This document shows, in pieces, positions 59,999 to 64,000 of a DNA stretch of 64,000 nucleotides; the first letter of the stretch is position 1, and each line of letters begins with the position of its first letter. The DNA lies in the NCBI GenBank assembly GCA_041891055.1, contig CP169074.1, forward strand, positions 288,001 through 352,000. The letters run 5' to 3'. The notes beneath the pieces were generated by a model that saw nothing but the letters and a program-made list of their open reading frames with translations, searched no databases and was not told the DNA's origin. Made by a program: the position numbers and the translations under genes. The stretch comes from Halorutilales archaeon Cl-col2-1. GTDB taxonomy: Archaea; Halobacteriota; Halobacteria; Halobacteriales; Afararchaeaceae.

Positions 59999-62959
59999 TC
60001 AGTCGGACGTTGTCCTGGGAAGTTCGACTACGAAGACGGCTCCCTCGGGTTCGTTGTCCTCGACCCATACCTCGCCTCCGTAGCTCTCGACGAGAGTATG
60101 GACTAAGTAGAGACCCATTCCCGTACCTTCGCTTTCGATCCCTTTTTCTCCCTTGCCGAATATCTCGTCCTTCTTCTCATCGGGTACTCCAGATCCGTTG
60201 TCTGCGACTCGGACAGTCACACTGTCTCGTGTTTCCGTCGCGGAGACAGTAACCTCCGGAGTGTTCTTGTCGTTGTGCTCGACGGCGTTCTTTAGTAAGT
60301 TCCTGAAGACTGAGCCGAGCATACTGTTTGCCATCACCGTCTCGTCGGGTAGACTCTGGTGTCTTACTTCCGCGTCAGTATACGCCGACTCTATCTCGTC
60401 GATCTCCGAGAGGAGAACTTCCTTAAGACTCTTCTCCTCAAGGTCGTCTTCGGTCGACATCATCGTGTCGGCTATGTCACGCGCCGTCATCGTAAGCTCG
60501 ATAGCGCTTTCGGCGTTTTCGAGAACCGTCTCTATATAATCTCTCTTCTCGCCCTCGTCGTACATGTCTATGAGAAGCTTGCTGTACGACTTCACTATCT
60601 GAAGATCGTTGCGTATGTCGTGACGTACCATCTGGTTGAGGACTTCGAGGTTGTCTCTCTGGTTCTTGATCTTCCTCTCGTACTCTTTCCTCTCGGTGAT
60701 GTCTCTCACGAGTCCATGTAGGACTGGCTTACCCTCGTACTCGAACCTGCTAAGTTTGACCTCTGCGGGGAACTCGGTACCGTCCTCACGTTGGTGAGTG
60801 TACTCGAAGAAGGCTTCGCCCTCTTCAAACCCTTCCTCTATCCTCGAAAGTGCCACTTCCTTTGAGTCGGAGCCGTCGGGCTGCGTCGGGGGTGCGAGCT
60901 CCCACGGGGTGTAATCGAGGAATTCCTCGACTGAGTCAACGCCGAACAGGTCGAGCGCCCTCTGGTTACAGTCGATGTACCCATCGCGGTCGAACAGCAT
61001 GAGAGCGTCCCTGCTATCCTCGAAGAGACTACGGTACTTGGCTTCGCGGTCTCTGATCTTCTGTTGCCTCTCTTTCCTCTCAGTGATATCCCTCACGAGC
61101 GCGTGTAACGCTGGCTCGCCCTCGTACTCGAACCTGCTGAGTTTGACCTCTGCGGGGAACTTGGTGCCGTCCTCGCGGCAGTGTGTCCACTCGAAGAAGG
61201 CTTCGCCCTCCTCAAAAGCCCTCTCGATGTGGGACATAGCTGCTTGAACCGAGTCTGAGCCATCGGGCTGTGTCGGAGGTGAAAGCTCCCACGGAGCGTA
61301 ATCTATGAACTCCTCTACCGAGTCGATATCGAAGAGATTGAGGGTCGTCTCGTTACAGTCGAAGAAGCCGTCGCGGTCTAGGAGCATAAGAGCATCACGC
61401 GTGTTCTCGAAAAGACTACGGTACTTCTCCTCACGTTTCTCTATCTCAGTAACGTCACGCGCGTATCCGAGGATGGCTCTCTCGCCTCCACTCACCGTCT
61501 CGAAGGGTATCTTGGTCGTGTTTATGCTCTTGGTTATTCCATCGGCTGTGGTCAGACTGTCCTCCGGTATGTGTAGAGACTCTCCGGATTCGAGAACCTT
61601 CTCGTCCTCCCGGCGAAAGTTCTCAGCCTCCTCACTCGACGGAACTACCTCAAAGTCGTGTTTTCCTTCAACTTCCTCGGGGTCGGAGTAGCCGTAGTAC
61701 TCCGCGAGTGTCTTGTTTACCAGAAGGTACTCGCCGTCGCAGTTCTTCGCGAAGACTGGGTCGGGCACTAGGTCGATTATATGGCGTAACTCCTCACGTG
61801 CTTCCTCTGTCTCATCTTTCCGTCTTTCTACTTCACGTATACGACTCTGAAGTGAGTCCCTCATCTCGTCTACTGAGTCATACAGTACTCCAATCTCGTC
61901 GAGACGGCTGTTTGTCACGTCGACGTCGAATTCACCCTCGCTTATACGGCGTGCACGGTTCGAGAGTCGGTTTATGTCTTTCGTGACTGAACGCATCGAG
62001 ACTGCGGCAGTTCCTATCAGAAGCACGAGACCCAGACCGAACGTTATTACGAGGTAAGACAGTATCTGGCTCCTGACTGCAAATACCTCATCCTCGGGTG
62101 CACGTGTGACGACGACTGTTCCGACTGTCGTGTTCTCGTCGTACTCGCCAGCTCTCTCGGCGTTGAGTACGTCGTGGGCGATGACCCTGACGCCAGCCAC
62201 CGTGTCGTTCTGTCCGTCGTGGATCATATGTGTTCCCTCGGATGCTGTCTCGGGGAGTTCGACAGTCTGCTTCGAGGTTTCTCCTATGAGGCGTTCTCCC
62301 TCGAACGAACGCAGTGTACTCTCTGAGCCCTCGAACACGTGTGAGTTCACGAGAGTCGTGTTGACCGGAACCGCAGCTACGAGGAACCTCTCGCCCGAAC
62401 GTGCACCTATCAGCGTCATATTCGGCAGATCCTCTTGGAGTTCGACGGGACTCTGGGATATGAATATCAGGCTGCGCGTAGTCTTTCTGTTCAGACCCGC
62501 GTCGTAGAGGTTTCTGTCGTGGTACTTGACCTCGGTACTTCCGAGTATATCTCCCGTCTCGACACTAGCCACGTGGAGTGAATCTACGTCTGACTCTACA
62601 CCCGTCTTCTCAGCGACGAGCCACTGGTGGATCATGGTGCTTGAGTCGTGCTGAATCTCCTCCGCCCTCGACATCTCGTTTAGAGTGCTCCAGCGTTCTG
62701 TGAGCCAGTTGGCGTATACGGTTGCCTGTGTAGTCGTGTCCGACTCAACTTTGTTCTCTACCTGACTGGTTATACTCTGATTAATCGCGGTGTACGAGAT
62801 GGCTATAACACTACTTGTGATCAGAGATCCCACTAGGAGTAGTATGAGTAGCTTCAGAGTCAGGCTCTGTTTCACACTTTCTGGTGCTAAGACGGCTACT
62901 CTCCTCCGAAGAACTGATCTGCCGTCCGAATTCGATCTGTCCTCTGAATCCGAGGTCAT
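59999..62959 (-). CDS. Sensor histidine kinase (TM-extracellular domain-HAMP-3xPAS-HisKA-HATPase)
   Basis: HAMP DEIGVL; RHDIRNDL H-box; NLLKNA, DNGSG, GTGMGL. Confidence 0.93.
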   Translation of the reverse strand: MTSDSEDRSNSDGRSVLRRRVAVLAPESVKQSLTLKLLILLLVGSLITSSVIAISYTAINQSITSQVENKVESDTTTQATVYANWLTERWSTLNEMSRAEEIQHDSSTMIHQWLVAEKTGVESDVDSLHVASVETGDILGSTEVKYHDRNLYDAGLNRKTTRSLIFISQSPVELQEDLPNMTLIGARSGERFLVAAVPVNTTLVNSHVFEGSESTLRSFEGERLIGETSKQTVELPETASEGTHMIHDGQNDTVAGVRVIAHDVLNAERAGEYDENTTVGTVVVTRAPEDEVFAVRSQILSYLVITFGLGLVLLIGTAAVSMRSVTKDINRLSNRARRISEGEFDVDVTNSRLDEIGVLYDSVDEMRDSLQSRIREVERRKDETEEAREELRHIIDLVPDPVFAKNCDGEYLLVNKTLAEYYGYSDPEEVEGKHDFEVVPSSEEAENFRREDEKVLESGESLHIPEDSLTTADGITKSINTTKIPFETVSGGERAILGYARDVTEIEKREEKYRSLFENTRDALMLLDRDGFFDCNETTLNLFDIDSVEEFIDYAPWELSPPTQPDGSDSVQAAMSHIERAFEEGEAFFEWTHCREDGTKFPAEVKLSRFEYEGEPALHALVRDITERKERQQKIRDREAKYRSLFEDSRDALMLFDRDGYIDCNQRALDLFGVDSVEEFLDYTPWELAPPTQPDGSDSKEVALSRIEEGFEEGEAFFEYTHQREDGTEFPAEVKLSRFEYEGKPVLHGLVRDITERKEYERKIKNQRDNLEVLNQMVRHDIRNDLQIVKSYSKLLIDMYDEGEKRDYIETVLENAESAIELTMTARDIADTMMSTEDDLEEKSLKEVLLSEIDEIESAYTDAEVRHQSLPDETVMANSMLGSVFRNLLKNAVEHNDKNTPEVTVSATETRDSVTVRVADNGSGVPDEKKDEIFGKGEKGIESEGTGMGLYLVHTLVESYGGEVWVEDNEPEGAVFVVELPRTTSD
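60690..61430 (-). repeat. Tandem duplication of a PAS domain, 387-bp period
   Basis: AGACTACGGTACTT at 61026 and 61413; near-identical KYRSLFE..RDALML...FPAEVKLSRFEYEG repeats; boundaries approximate. Confidence 0.85.
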
Positions 62960-63069
62960 TCCTCCTCCTGAGAACCCGCCTGTGCTAATGCCAGTCGGTG
63001 TTTGTGTTTAAGAAACAAGTCAAACTGGAAGTACTTCGCAGTGCTTCTGTGTGTCATCTTTCTGTCCCG

Positions 63070-64000
63070 TTACTGTGGTACTTCTCCCTCAACTGCGTCA
63101 ACATAGCTGTCGACGTTTCGGAAAAGCTGGGTTGTGTCGAACTCCTCGAAACGTGTGCCACCCCATATACTTAGATTACCGTTCTCTATCTCTCTTCTTT
63201 TCGTCTCGACTCTTTCGATGACTTCGTCGGGAACCTCGGAGCCCCAGTCGGAGAGACCTACTATCCCCGACTCGATCCCTTCCCAGTAGAAGTCTGACTC
63301 CCAGTTACCGTCACGTATCTCGTTGACTGCGTCTCCGTAGAAAACCTCCCAGTTCCAGACGGGCGAGGTAACGTAGTTCTCTCCTATCAACTCACCAATG
63401 TCGGAGTTATAACCCGTCGCCCAGATTCCCTCTTCGGCTGCGGTCTCGGCGGCTGCGGGAAAGTTCTGGTGCTGTGCCATCACGTCGACCCCCTCTTCGA
63501 TTAGTCTCTCAGCCGTGTTGCTCTCTATCCCGGCGTCGTTCCACGTCTGAGTGTACTTCACAGACACAGTCACGTCTTCGTTAACTGAAGACGCCCCGAG
63601 AGCGAAGCCATTTATTCCTCTTATGACCTCGGAGATCGGAAAGGCAGCGACGTATCCGAGCCTGTCGGTCTCGGTAAGGAGCCCTGCGGCGACACCTGTG
63701 AGGTATCTTGGTTCGTACATACGTCCGAAGTAACAGCCGAGGTTCCCACGCTGCCTGTACCCCGAACAGTGCTCGAAAGCCACGTCGGGATAGTCGGGCG
63801 CGACCTCGTACATTGGATCCATGTAGTCCCAGGACGTCCCGAAGATTACATCGAAGCCTCGCTCGGCGTACTGTCTGAAACGCGGCTCTGATCCCTCGGG
63901 CGAGACCTTCTCGAACACCTCGGTTTCCACCCAGTCGAAGTCGTCTTCGACGGCACGTCTAGCCTGGTCGTGCGCCCACTGCCAGCCGAAGTCCCCGACT
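63070..64000 (-). CDS. BMP-family (purine/nucleoside) substrate-binding protein, 5' end outside the window
   Basis: Frame continues to the edge with GDFGWQWAHDQ; YFGRMYEPRYLTG, EVIRGINGFALGA. Confidence 0.9.
   Translation of the reverse strand, partial: VGDFGWQWAHDQARRAVEDDFDWVETEVFEKVSPEGSEPRFRQYAERGFDVIFGTSWDYMDPMYEVAPDYPDVAFEHCSGYRQRGNLGCYFGRMYEPRYLTGVAAGLLTETDRLGYVAAFPISEVIRGINGFALGASSVNEDVTVSVKYTQTWNDAGIESNTAERLIEEGVDVMAQHQNFPAAAETAAEEGIWATGYNSDIGELIGENYVTSPVWNWEVFYGDAVNEIRDGNWESDFYWEGIESGIVGLSDWGSEVPDEVIERVETKRREIENGNLSIWGGTRFEEFDTTQLFRNVDSYVDAVEGEVPQ

Overview
Gene-dense chromosomal window from a halophilic archaeon (class Halobacteria, inferred from strongly acidic proteins and the dtdA-ftsZ-secE-spt5 and trpDFEG gene order). 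Housekeeping content: spt5, secE, ftsZ, dtdA, aroE, RsmB/NSUN methyltransferase, XPD/Rad3 helicase, queC/queE, photolyase, RibD-type reductase, two P-type ATPases, hydantoinase/oxoprolinase A+B, trpDFEG, a 3-hydroxyacyl-CoA dehydrogenase, glnA-amt-glnK-nadE, RNase P RNA, pncA/pncB, dph5, two soluble chemotransducers, an ABC exporter with a LolA-like protein, and sensor proteins at both ends. Mobile elements: an intact IS5-family element with an 8-bp TSD, an IS6-family element, and a non-autonomous IS200/IS605 (tnpB-derived) remnant. Most notable: (1) a five-gene candidate ApbE flavinylation/extracytosolic electron-transfer module with two di-haem cytochrome-b-like proteins and a membrane-anchored TSP3-repeat protein ending in the flavinylation motif TGAS; (2) a highly structured, apparently two-state 5' leader with a leaderless uORF upstream of a DUF5794-like membrane gene; (3) a short, divergent aRF1 preceded by a leaderless uORF whose stop codon lies in a stem; (4) hairpin insertions in the RNase P RNA and in the neighbouring tnpB remnant. 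All calls come from reading motifs by eye; no database searches or folding programs were run.
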